This document shows, piece after piece, positions 45,206 through 54,239 of a DNA stretch of 64,000 bases (the stretch's first letter is position 1; each line of letters begins with the position of its first letter). Location: positions 1,376,001-1,440,000 of the forward strand of contig OZ242005.1 in assembly GCA_965204725.1 (NCBI GenBank). Reading direction: 5' to 3'. The DNA is from Candidatus Latescibacterota bacterium (GTDB taxonomy: Bacteria > Latescibacterota > UBA2968 > UBA8231). The position numbers and the translations under genes are program-made. The notes below the pieces were generated by a model, which was not told the origin of the DNA, made no database searches, and was given only the letters and a program-made list of their open reading frames with translations.

Positions 45206-45946
45206 CTAGGTGGTCGCTTTGTGGTAGGCGGCTTGCGCTGTGGTTTCTAAAAATCGCATGTCGTTGCTGAGGTCAATAAACTGGAAGCCCTCGGCGACGC
45301 GCCGTTTGACTTCGGCGGGGTCCTTGACCGGGATGCCGCTCGGTTTGTCGGCACTGGCGCAGCTGGCGCGAAAAGCCTGCAAGGCGGCCTCGTGGTCGGG
45401 ATGGCCGGCGGCGACGCCCATGGACATGGCTAAGTCGCCCGGCCCGAGAAAGCCGATATCGACGCCTTCGACGCCGGCGATGGCCTCGGCGTTTTCAATG
45501 CCCTCCATATCCTCGATCTGCGGAATGCAGAGGACGGCGTCGTCAAAGCGCTGGCGATAGTCCGGGGCCAATGTGACGCAGCGGCCCGTGCCGACCGACC
45601 GGGTGCCACGCGGTGGATAGCGCACGGCTTGGGCCAGCTTTTTGGCTTGCTCTGGGGTGCTGACGTGTGGAAAGACCAAGCCCCACGCCCCGGCGTCGAG
45701 CAGGCGGGCGGCCGTAGTTGGATCGTGATCCCAAGCGCGGGCCAAGGGCAGGGTGCCCCGGGCCTCAATGGCGCGGAAGGTGTGGGCGATGTGCCCGAGG
45801 TCAAAAGCCGAGTGCTCGGCATCGACCACCAGCCATTTGAAGCCAGCCGCTGCCATGACTTCGGCTGCCAGCGGCGAGGTTAGGTTGAGCCAAGAGCCGA
45901 TGGAAGGCTGCCCGGCGGCGAGTTGTACTTTGATGGGATTTTGCAT
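45206..45946 (-). CDS. HpcH/HpaI class II aldolase
   Basis: VDAEH, LDAGA, RYPPRGTR, QIED, FLGPGDL. Confidence 0.9.
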   Translation of the reverse strand: MQNPIKVQLAAGQPSIGSWLNLTSPLAAEVMAAAGFKWLVVDAEHSAFDLGHIAHTFRAIEARGTLPLARAWDHDPTTAARLLDAGAWGLVFPHVSTPEQAKKLAQAVRYPPRGTRSVGTGRCVTLAPDYRQRFDDAVLCIPQIEDMEGIENAEAIAGVEGVDIGFLGPGDLAMSMGVAAGHPDHEAALQAFRASCASADKPSGIPVKDPAEVKRRVAEGFQFIDLSNDMRFLETTAQAAYHKATT

Positions 45947-46006
45947 GGAATACCTAGCCTGTGGATGCAATTGCGTTTGAGGTCTAAGGGACGGCCGCGA
46001 GGGCCT

Positions 46007-46315
46007 TCATCGCAGCCCTGTCTGCCTCGCTGCTAACCACCGCTTCAAGGACGCTTGGCTTTCCCCGGAGGGCCTACCCGCTAGCAAGCCCTCTATGCTG
46101 ATGTCTTCGTCTAGGTCGGGCCAGTGGATTCCTTGGCCCACCCCAATAAGCCGCCAGTTACGTCTTTCTGCGGGCGTCGCATGCACGAGCCTAGGATACC
46201 AAGCCAACGGAACGGAGATGGTCCGCCCGTCGGAAAGATCCGCCATTAGGGCGTCGTCGGTAACTTCCACGCGCTCAGCTTCCGACACCTTCAAGTCAAC
46301 GGTCAAAATATCCAT
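46007..46315 (-). CDS. DUF2442 protein (DhiA-like antitoxin)
   Basis: LSDGRTISVPLAWYPRL..AT..ER.NW..G.GIHWPDLDEDIS. Confidence 0.9.
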   Translation of the reverse strand: MDILTVDLKVSEAERVEVTDDALMADLSDGRTISVPLAWYPRLVHATPAERRNWRLIGVGQGIHWPDLDEDISIEGLLAGRPSGESQASLKRWLAARQTGLR

Positions 46316-46532
46316 CCCATGCCTCCATAAGGATCGTTTGATTTTCCTCAATTATCCTTGCAAGCTGACGTATCTCTGAGCGCGCCAGCCCTCCGCTTCT
46401 TTGTAGCCTCACCGGGTCCAGCCAGAACTTGGCGACTCGGTCGTCGCGTTCTACATGCACGTGCTGAGGTTCGGTGCGATCACTTGCATAGAAGAAGAAG
46501 CGATACGGCCCTTCTCTCAACACCGTCGGCAT
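46296..46532 (-). CDS. DUF4160 protein (DhiT-like toxin)
   Basis: MPTVLREGPYRFFFY..EPQHVHV..AKFWL. Confidence 0.9.
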   Translation of the reverse strand: MPTVLREGPYRFFFYASDRTEPQHVHVERDDRVAKFWLDPVRLQRSGGLARSEIRQLARIIEENQTILMEAWDGYFDR

Positions 46533-46562
46533 TGGTTCTCCAATGATGTTCCTGCTAAGGGC

Positions 46563-47699
46563 CTAGCCAGCGGCAATTAGCTCGTCAACTTGCGCTTTGA
46601 GCACGCCGAGGACCGCGTCGTATGGGAACCGGCCGATGAGCTGGGGGCCGCGCTTGAGGTTGACGAAGTTGGGGGCGCACCAAAGCCCTAGGTCGGCGTC
46701 GTCGGTCTCGCCCGGGCCGTTGACCCGGCAGCCCATGACGGCGATGGTGATCTGGTGATCGCGGGCGTACTCGGTTAGCTCGCGCACTTGGTGCGCTAGG
46801 TCGATGAAGGCTTCGTTTTCCACCCGCGAGCAGGAGGGGCAGGAGATGATGTTCAGCCCGGTCGGAAGCGACTTGGGGACTGAGCGGAAGCGGCCCGAGT
46901 ATATGTCGTCGAGGATCTGCCGCCCGACTTTGACCTCTTCGCCCTTGTCGTCAAACGGCAAGGTCAGGGAGACGCGAATGGTGTCGCCAATGCCGGCGCT
47001 GATGAGCTGTTCAAAGGCAATGCGGGTCTTGATCACGCCTGCGGGGGGCATCCCGGCCTCGGTGACGCCGAGGTGCAGCGGCACCTCGGGCCGTTCTTGG
47101 GCAAAGCGGGTGTTGGCGGCAACGACCTTGGCCGGATCGGAGTCCTTGAGCGAGACGCAGTAGCGGTGAAAGCCCAACCCGTCGAGCCGCTCGCAGTGCT
47201 CCAAAGCCGAGGCAATCATGGGCGAGATGGAGTCGCCCGCTGGAAAGCGCTCGGCTTGGGCCGGATCGACCGAGCCGCAGTTGACGCCCACGCGCAGGGC
47301 GCAATCGTGCTTGGCGGCCTCGTCCGCAATAAAGGCTATTTTGTCGGCGACCGGCTTGTCCCTTTCGTGGTGATAGAGGTGCCCGGGATTGTAGCGTATT
47401 TTCTCCACGTGCGGGGCCACGCTGCGGACCAACCGATAGTTTTCTTGCAGGTCCACAGACAGCGGCACGTCAACAGTCGGGGCGATTTGGGCGAGGGCCT
47501 CCACATCTTTTTTGCTATCGACGGCAATGCGGATGACGTCCGCCCCGGCCTCGGCTAAGAGCCGCAGTTGGCGGATGGTGGCCTCTAGGTCTTGGGTGCG
47601 GGTAGCGGCCATGCTTTGCACGGCAATGGGGTGGCCACCGCCAATGGTCGTGCGGCCGATTTGAACCGCGCGGGTGGGATTTCTCGGCATGGGGTTCAT
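46563..47699 (-). CDS. ispG: 4-hydroxy-3-methylbut-2-en-1-yl diphosphate synthase
   Basis: [54 protein letters not shown]. Confidence 0.95.
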   Translation of the reverse strand: MNPMPRNPTRAVQIGRTTIGGGHPIAVQSMAATRTQDLEATIRQLRLLAEAGADVIRIAVDSKKDVEALAQIAPTVDVPLSVDLQENYRLVRSVAPHVEKIRYNPGHLYHHERDKPVADKIAFIADEAAKHDCALRVGVNCGSVDPAQAERFPAGDSISPMIASALEHCERLDGLGFHRYCVSLKDSDPAKVVAANTRFAQERPEVPLHLGVTEAGMPPAGVIKTRIAFEQLISAGIGDTIRVSLTLPFDDKGEEVKVGRQILDDIYSGRFRSVPKSLPTGLNIISCPSCSRVENEAFIDLAHQVRELTEYARDHQITIAVMGCRVNGPGETDDADLGLWCAPNFVNLKRGPQLIGRFPYDAVLGVLKAQVDELIAAG

Positions 47700-47862
47700 G
47701 TCCCAAAAGTTAAATGCGAGGCCCTGTTTGTCAAAGGAAGAAGGCGTACCGGTGTGTTTTCTCTTGCTGAAAACGCCCCTGTTTGTGTACTTGTATATGT
47801 TGCAGTGATTCAGTAGCCTAAGGAGCTTTTGCCGTGAAGGTTTGGGTGGGAAGTGCGAGCCG

Positions 47863-49023
47863 ATGATCGTGCCCTCTACTAAAGTGCCCCAGACAAGGCC
47901 CTGTATCCCCGAAGAGGACGTGGCCGCGCTGCTGGAGGACTTTACCCAAATCCTCCGTAGCGGACGCCTGACGATGGGGCCGTACTTGGAGCGGTTTGAG
48001 CAGGAGTTTGCCGCATATACGGGCGCGGAACACGCCGTGGGCATGAACTCGGGGACCGCGCCGTTGGAGGTGGCTTTGCGCTATTGGGGGATTGAAGGGC
48101 AGGAGGTCGTGGTGCCGACGAATACGTTTATTGCCTCGTCCAACGCCGCGCTGTTGGCCGGAGGACGGCCCGTCCTGTGCGACATCGATCCGCAGACCCT
48201 GTCGAGCGGCCTGCCGCAGATTGAGGCTCAGGTCGGCAAAAAGACGCGGGCCGTAGTCGTGGTCCACATCGCGGGTCTAATCGCGCCCGACATCGAGGCC
48301 ATTCGCTCGTTTTGCCACACCCGCGGGCTGTTGCTGCTCGAAGACGCGGCCCACGCCCACGGCGCGACGGCCGACGGCCGGTCGGCCGGGAATTGGGGGG
48401 ATGCGGCGGGCTTTTCCTTTTTTCCGACCAAGCCGCTGACGACCGGCGAGGGAGGCGTGTTGAGCACCAACGACCGCGATTTGGCAGACTTTGCGCGGAG
48501 CTTCCGCACGCACGGGGTGAGCGCACAGGGCCGCTCGTTGGAGCGCTTGGGCCACAACTACCGCTTGCCCGAGCTGAGCGCGGCGCTCGGCTTGCGGCAA
48601 CTGGCGCGGCTAGCCGCACACACGGCCGAGCGCAACCGTCTCGCCGCTCGCTATCGGCGCGTGCTCGCCCGCTTGGGATGCGAGGGGGTGCTCCTGCCGG
48701 AATTTGCCGGCCGAGTCCACGCGTACTACAAGTTTCCCGTGCGCTTGCCGGCCGGAAAAAGACGCGAATGGGTGGTCGCCAAGTTGCGCGAGCGCGGGAT
48801 TGAAGTGGGCAGCGTGTACTGGCCGCCGTGCCACCTAACGCCGTTTTACCAGCGGGAGTTGGGCTATGGCCCCGGGGATTTCCCCGTGGCCGAGGCCGTG
48901 CTCGCCGAGGTGGTAACCCTGCCGATGTTTCCGGGCTTGAGTGCCGAGGCCGTGGAAAGGGTGGGCCGCAGCTTGGCCGAGGTATTGGCCGAGGCCGAAG
49001 GAGATTGTCGTGCCGGCAAATAA
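47863..49023 (+). CDS. DegT/DnrJ/EryC1/StrS sugar aminotransferase
   Basis: [33 protein letters not shown]. Confidence 0.92.
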   Translation: MIVPSTKVPQTRPCIPEEDVAALLEDFTQILRSGRLTMGPYLERFEQEFAAYTGAEHAVGMNSGTAPLEVALRYWGIEGQEVVVPTNTFIASSNAALLAGGRPVLCDIDPQTLSSGLPQIEAQVGKKTRAVVVVHIAGLIAPDIEAIRSFCHTRGLLLLEDAAHAHGATADGRSAGNWGDAAGFSFFPTKPLTTGEGGVLSTNDRDLADFARSFRTHGVSAQGRSLERLGHNYRLPELSAALGLRQLARLAAHTAERNRLAARYRRVLARLGCEGVLLPEFAGRVHAYYKFPVRLPAGKRREWVVAKLRERGIEVGSVYWPPCHLTPFYQRELGYGPGDFPVAEAVLAEVVTLPMFPGLSAEAVERVGRSLAEVLAEAEGDCRAGK

Positions 49024-49642
49024 CCGAATTTTGGTCCTCGCACCGCACACGGACGACGGCGAGCTCGGCTGTGGAGGGACGATTAGCCGGATGGTGGAGG
49101 AGGGAAGCGAGGTGTACTACGCGGCCTTTTCCACGGCGGCCGAGTCGGTGCCGCCGCCCTTTCCGCCCGACATTCTCAAGAAGGAGGTGCGAGAGGGAAC
49201 AAAGGCGCTGGGGATTCCCGCGTCGAACCTGCTGACCTATCAGTACGCGGTGCGTCACTTGCCCCACATGCGCCAAGAAATCCTCGAAGAGTTGGTGCGG
49301 ATGAAAAGAGAAATTGACCCCGCAACCGTGTTCTTGCCCAGTGCCCAAGACCTGCACCAAGATCACCAGACCATTCACATCGAGGGCCTGCGCGCCTTTA
49401 AGACGGTCACAGTGCTCGGCTACGAGCTGCCGTGGAACAACTTGAGCTTTGACTACCGACATTTTTGCGTGCTCACCCGCGCCCACGTCCAGACCAAAAT
49501 CGCCGCGCTGCGCTGCTACCAGTCGCAACAGCATCGCCCGTACACCCAAGAGGATTTTATCTGGAGCTGGGCGCGAAGTAGGGGGGGGCAGATCATGGTG
49601 GAGTACGCCGAGGCGTTTGACGTGCTCAGGTGGGTGCGCTGA
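49010..49642 (+). CDS. PIG-L/LmbE-family deacetylase
   Basis: APHTDDGELG, DLHQDH, YQSQ; AAGGAG RBS before GTG 49010. Confidence 0.88.
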   Translation: MPANNRILVLAPHTDDGELGCGGTISRMVEEGSEVYYAAFSTAAESVPPPFPPDILKKEVREGTKALGIPASNLLTYQYAVRHLPHMRQEILEELVRMKREIDPATVFLPSAQDLHQDHQTIHIEGLRAFKTVTVLGYELPWNNLSFDYRHFCVLTRAHVQTKIAALRCYQSQQHRPYTQEDFIWSWARSRGGQIMVEYAEAFDVLRWVR

Positions 49643-50337
49643 TGAGCCGAGTGTTGGCGGCGCACCAGCCCAACTTTCTGCCTTGGCTAGGCTTGTTTCA
49701 CAAGGTGGGGCAAGCCGACGTGTGGGTCTGGGCCGACGACGTGCAGTACAGCCGCGGCAGCCTGACCAACCGCAACCGCATCCGCACGGCCTCGGGCTGG
49801 CAATGGCTGACTGTGCCCGTGCGGACGCGGGGCCGGGGCCGGCAGCGGATATGCGATGTCCAGACCCAGTCCGATGGCGATTGGCGGCGCAAGCACTGCC
49901 AATCCCTGCGCTGGCACTACGGCCACGCGCCCTTTTTCGACGAGTATGCCCCAGCCATAGAGGCCCTATACGCGGATGCGTGGCCCCAGTTGATCGACTT
50001 AAACGCGGCCCTGCTGCGCCACCTGTTGCCGCTCTTGGAGGTGGAGGTCGAAGTCCGCTTTAGCTCGCAGATGGACCTGCCGCATGAGCGGACTGCGCGC
50101 TTAGTGGATATGGCCAAGGCGTGCGACTGTCAGGTGTACTTGGCGGGGAGCGGGGCCTCGAAGGCGTACTTGGACGTGGAGGCGTTTGCTGCGGCCGGTA
50201 TTGAATGCCGCTTTACCCACTTTGAACACCCGGTGTACCCCCAGTGTCACGCGGGTTTTGTCGCCGAAATGTCGGTGTTGGACCTGCTTTTTAACTGCGG
50301 CCCGCAAAGCCGGGAGGTGCTTTTTGGCTGCGCCTGA
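49642..50337 (+). CDS. WbqC-family protein
   Basis: HQPNFLPWLG, DDVQY, NRNRI, WLTVPV, YPQ, SVLDLLFN. Confidence 0.92.
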   Translation: MSRVLAAHQPNFLPWLGLFHKVGQADVWVWADDVQYSRGSLTNRNRIRTASGWQWLTVPVRTRGRGRQRICDVQTQSDGDWRRKHCQSLRWHYGHAPFFDEYAPAIEALYADAWPQLIDLNAALLRHLLPLLEVEVEVRFSSQMDLPHERTARLVDMAKACDCQVYLAGSGASKAYLDVEAFAAAGIECRFTHFEHPVYPQCHAGFVAEMSVLDLLFNCGPQSREVLFGCA

Positions 50338-51483
50338 GGTGTACCACCTGACGAATGTCCACAACCCGTTTGACGCGCGGATTTTTTACAAGCAAGCGCA
50401 GACCTTAGCGCGGGCGGGATACGCGGTGACGGTGGTGGGGCCGGGGGCGGAGGCGCGGTGTGGAGAGTGGGCCGGGGTGCGCGTACAGACCTTGCCGGTA
50501 GCCCGAAGGGGCAGCCAGCGGTTTTTGAACCTGTGGCGTTTGTTGCGCGTCGGGCTGAGGGCGGACGCTGATTACTTCCACTTCCACGACCCCGAGCTGT
50601 TGCCCGTGGGCGCGGTGCTCAGGCTCTGCGGCCGCCGGGTCATCTACGACGTACACGAGCACTTCCCGCTGGTGGTCATGGTGCGGCCGTGGGTGCCCTC
50701 GTGGCTGCGGCGGCCCTTCTCGCGCTTGGTTGATTGGGGAGAACGCTTGCTCGCTCGCTATTTTGTCACGGCCGTGGTCGGAGTGGTTGAGGAGCAAGGC
50801 GATCGCTTTGCCAGCCGCCCTTTTGCCGTGGTCAAAAACTTCCCGCGCTTGGAGTGGTTTTCCCCCGGCTGCCGCGAGTTAGGGCCTTGTGCGCTGGTCC
50901 ACATTGGCTCGCTATCCGAAGACCGGGCGGGTTGTTCTTGCTCGAAATTATGCGCGAGTTAGCCGACACCCATCCGCAGGTCCGCCTCTTGAGCATCGGC
51001 GAGTTTCACTCGCAGGAGCTGCGGGCGCGATTTGAGGCTCGCCTGCGCGCATGGGGGCTGGAAGAGCAAATACACTACAGTGAAAAGCGCGTACCGTACG
51101 ACGAGTTGGGGGCGGCGATCGCCGCATGCCAGATCGGCTTGGTGCCGGGGCAGGTCTCGCCCAAAAATCTGGCCTCCTTCGTGCCGACCAAGCTCTTTGA
51201 GTACTTCGCCTGCGGTCTGCCCGTAGTCGCCAGTGATTTGCCTTCCATCCGCCGGTTTCGCGCGGTCGCCGATTGGGGCCTGCTCGCCGACCCGCACGAC
51301 CCGGCCGCCCATGCCCGCGCCATCGGGTGCTTACTCGACGACCCCGGGGCTGCACGGGCCAAGGGGGCGCAGGCGCGGCGAGCGGCAGAAGAGCATTTTA
51401 ATTGGGGAGCCGAAGCCGAAAAACTGTTGGCACTTTACGAGCGGATTGCACCGCGGAAAGGGGTCGGGAAATGCGTTGGTTAG
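50324..51483 (+). pseudogene. GT4 glycosyltransferase split by a 1-base frameshift at about 50926 (real or sequencing error)
   Basis: 5' frame H..FDARIF, HFHDPEL, YDVHE; 3' frame PTKLFEY.A.GLPVVASD; adding one G to GGG 50925-50927 restores SEDRGGLFLLE. Confidence 0.85.
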
Positions 51484-52292
51484 CGTTAGCAATGGGCCTG
51501 TTGGCCCTGTGTTGGGCTGGCGAGGGCTGGGCCGGGGCTTGGAGTCAGCCCCGGGGCGGCTACTACGCCAAGCTATCGGGAATACACTACTCGACCGCCG
51601 AGGTCTTCAACGACATGGGCCGCCGCGCCCCCATGGGCATGGACGACAACCAGTTCCGCGCCCGCCAAGTCCTCGCCTACTTTGAATACGGGTTGCGCGC
51701 ACGGTTGACGCTGACGGGCCAAGTTGGCGCGGGGCGGCTCGTGTCTGAAGATCGCTTTGTCGAGCGCATCACTTGGGGGCTGGGCGACGTGCATCTCGGC
51801 GCGAAATACCAGCTCACCGAGGGCCGGCTGGTGCTGGCGCCGCAGGTCGAGGTCGCGTTTCCGAGCGGGTACGACCGCGAATACGACCCGGCCCTTGGCA
51901 CCGGTTATTCCGAATTGGGAACGCGGCTCTTGGCGGGGCTGTCCCTCTATCCGCTGCCGCTCTACGCGGGGGCCGAGGTGGGGTACAAGCTGCGCGGCGG
52001 TCCGTTTTCCAACCAAGGGTCCTATTTTGTCGAGCTAGGAGCCACGCCGCGTCCGTGGCTGTTCGCCAAGGGCTTTGTCGCCCGGGTGTACACCCTCAGC
52101 GCGGGCAATGCGGGCAGTGGGCTGGTCGGAGTCGCACAGGTCTCGGAGGGCGATTGGGCCGAAGTGGGCGGCAATGCGGCCGTGCGAGTGGTTGGCCCGC
52201 TGTGGATCGACTTGTTGTGGAAGGTGGTTTTTCGGGGAGAAAACATCGGGGCCGGGTCGTCGTGGGGCTTGGGGTTGGCCCTCATTCGCTAA
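51471..52292 (+). CDS. Putative outer-membrane beta-barrel protein
   Basis: Signal peptide, AWSQPRG, YFEYGL, GLGD..LG..Y, P.GY..PALG.G, amphipathic strands. Confidence 0.7.
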   Translation: MRWLALAMGLLALCWAGEGWAGAWSQPRGGYYAKLSGIHYSTAEVFNDMGRRAPMGMDDNQFRARQVLAYFEYGLRARLTLTGQVGAGRLVSEDRFVERITWGLGDVHLGAKYQLTEGRLVLAPQVEVAFPSGYDREYDPALGTGYSELGTRLLAGLSLYPLPLYAGAEVGYKLRGGPFSNQGSYFVELGATPRPWLFAKGFVARVYTLSAGNAGSGLVGVAQVSEGDWAEVGGNAAVRVVGPLWIDLLWKVVFRGENIGAGSSWGLGLALIR

Positions 52293-52302
52293 AGGAGTTG
52301 TC

Positions 52303-53451
52303 ATGGACAAATCAACGAGACGTCAGTTTCTCAAGTCGAGCGGGGCTGTTATCGCCACGGCGATCTTTCCCGCTTGGGGTTGCGACGGCAACGAGGTGCG
52401 CTTCAAGAGCATGCCCACCGGGCCGGACATGGACCTAGGCATGGATCTGGAGGAGATGCCCGCGGAAGAGGCCCTGCCGCTGCCGCCGATTACCTCTAAT
52501 GCGCGGCACTACCTCCAGTCGATTAAAGGGACCAACTACGATCCGCGCTTGGGGGCCGATAGCTGGCGCTTGGCGGTGAATGGGTTGGTGGATCAGCCCC
52601 ACGCCGGCTGGACGTACGCGGATATTATTGCGCTGCCCATGCGCCGGCAGGTCTTGACCATGCAGTGCATTGGCAACTGGATCGGCGGGCCGTTGGTGGG
52701 CAATGCCGAGTGGGGCGGTACGCCGCTTGCCGAGGTCCTCGATCGCGCCGGGATCAAGAGCGAGGCGATCCGGGTCAAGTTTTACAGCGTCGATGGCTAT
52801 ACCACCTCGATTCCGCTGGATCGTGCGCTCCGCGACGAGGTGATTCTCGCTTGGGAAATGAACGGCGAGCCGCTGCCCTCCAAGCACGGGTTTCCCCTGC
52901 GCTTGATAAACCCCGGGCACTACGGGCAGAAGATGCCCAAGTGGATCACCCGCATTGAGCTGATTGACGAAGTCCATCTCGGCTATTGGGAGAGCAAGCC
53001 CGAGAACAAGCCCTTCAAGTGGTCGGACGCGGCCGTGGCGACCGTGAACTCGCGGATTGACGCGCCTCTCTCGGTGTGGGACGATGTGAAAGACCCGGCC
53101 AATGGCGGCGTTTCCGTCGTGCTGCAAACCCTGCGCGGGGCCCAAGGTCGCCCCTTTGTCATTCACGGGATCGCCATGGCTGGCGAGCGCACGGTCGAAA
53201 AGGTTGAGGTCAGCACCAATGGCGGGCGGTCTTGGGTCGAGGCGCAGATTACCACGCAGCGCTTGCCCAACATTTGGGTCACTTGGGCCTACGAATGGAA
53301 ATTGCCCGCCACGGGCGAGTACCAAATCGTCGCGCGAGCAACCGATAGCGCGGGGGACGTGCAGCCGGAAGAGGATGCCGGTGCCGACCTGTACGATGGC
53401 CGCACGGGCTGGCACCGCGTGCGGGTGAAGGTTGCGAGCAGAGCAGGGTAA
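52303..53451 (+). CDS. Tat-exported sulfite-oxidase-family molybdoenzyme
   Basis: TRRQFLK twin-arginine signal; Mo-ligand MQCIGN; GNAEW.G, MNGEPL..HGFPLR, KW; dimerisation domain VEVS..ARATD. Confidence 0.9.
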   Translation: MDKSTRRQFLKSSGAVIATAIFPAWGCDGNEVRFKSMPTGPDMDLGMDLEEMPAEEALPLPPITSNARHYLQSIKGTNYDPRLGADSWRLAVNGLVDQPHAGWTYADIIALPMRRQVLTMQCIGNWIGGPLVGNAEWGGTPLAEVLDRAGIKSEAIRVKFYSVDGYTTSIPLDRALRDEVILAWEMNGEPLPSKHGFPLRLINPGHYGQKMPKWITRIELIDEVHLGYWESKPENKPFKWSDAAVATVNSRIDAPLSVWDDVKDPANGGVSVVLQTLRGAQGRPFVIHGIAMAGERTVEKVEVSTNGGRSWVEAQITTQRLPNIWVTWAYEWKLPATGEYQIVARATDSAGDVQPEEDAGADLYDGRTGWHRVRVKVASRAG

Positions 53452-53460
53452 GCGGCGCGT

Positions 53461-53748
53461 CTAGGCTGGGGGGAACCAGTCCTGTATCTTGCGGCAGATC
53501 GTGTGCGCTTGGGCCGGGCTTGACAGCTCGAACTTGCTGCGTTGCAGAAAGGTCCCGTCGCGCTTCTGATAGCGGCGAATGGATATTTTGTGCGGGCCGT
53601 ACTCGCCGGTTTTGCGGTCGAGGTCTTGGTAGAGGTACATGATCGTCGTCCAAGCCCCCTTGCTGAGCACTTCCTTGGCTACTTCCCGGCGCAAGACTTT
53701 GCCGTTTTCCTCGTAGTGGATGGTGAGTTCGTCAATCGTTTCGGCCAT
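53461..53748 (-). CDS. Conserved-looking hypothetical protein (95 aa)
   Basis: Typical codon usage; LSKGAWTTI, IRRYQK, SKF. Confidence 0.75.
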   Translation of the reverse strand: MAETIDELTIHYEENGKVLRREVAKEVLSKGAWTTIMYLYQDLDRKTGEYGPHKISIRRYQKRDGTFLQRSKFELSSPAQAHTICRKIQDWFPPA

Positions 53749-53809
53749 TGTTGATCTTCTGAGTTTTGGATTGAAGGTTGGCGTACTGCGCGGTGCTGTT
53801 GTCTATTAT

Positions 53810-53866
53810 ATGGAATATGGAATAACGGGCAAGAGCGGCCTAGTTACTGGAGCATCCTCCGGTCGA
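53810..53866 (+). pseudogene. 5' stub of an SDR oxidoreductase gene
   Basis: MEYGITGKSGLVTGASSG resembles the SDR N-terminus (MDLGL.GK.ALVTGASSG), then similarity ends. Confidence 0.6.
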
Positions 53867-53894
53867 GCGTACCCCTTGAGTCCAAGAGATCACG

Positions 53895-54239
53895 TCAATA
53901 CTCGATAATCGCCGCGATTGCGCTAACGATTGAACGCATATCCGTTTCAGAGATACTGCCCACTTTTTCACTGATCCGCCGCGTATCAACTCCACGCAGT
54001 TGTAATATATCAGCCACAGATGGCTTAGTCAGTCCATTGGTGTGATCGGGCACCAGCTTGACGAGCCAAATTTTATGCTCAAAATGATGTTTCCACTCGG
54101 TCAGTGGAGCGACCAACCGAATTGGCAATGTGCCGACCCAATCGGAGTTAATAACAACGGCGGGACGGGTCTTGCGAATTTCTGTGCCGCGAGTTGGGTC
54201 GAGATTCACTTGCCATATTTCGCCGCGTTTAATGCACAT
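53895..54239 (-). CDS. mazF: PemK/MazF-family toxin
   Basis: RGEIWQVNLDPTRGTEIRKTRPAVVI, NGL.K.S..Q.R.VD..R. Confidence 0.92.
   Translation of the reverse strand: MCIKRGEIWQVNLDPTRGTEIRKTRPAVVINSDWVGTLPIRLVAPLTEWKHHFEHKIWLVKLVPDHTNGLTKPSVADILQLRGVDTRRISEKVGSISETDMRSIVSAIAAIIEY

Noticed and set aside
47700-48044. N-terminal extension of IspG
   Set aside because: Antisense to the DegT gene; IspG similarity begins at about 47690
48128-49549. Long antisense ORF (473 aa) and similar ones at 61331-62788, 2392-3399 and 52435-53415
   Set aside because: Shadow frames of well-supported genes in high-GC DNA, with no motifs
50915-50935. Programmed ribosomal frameshift in the glycosyltransferase
   Set aside because: No slippery heptamer or stimulatory structure; a simple 1-nt deletion explains it
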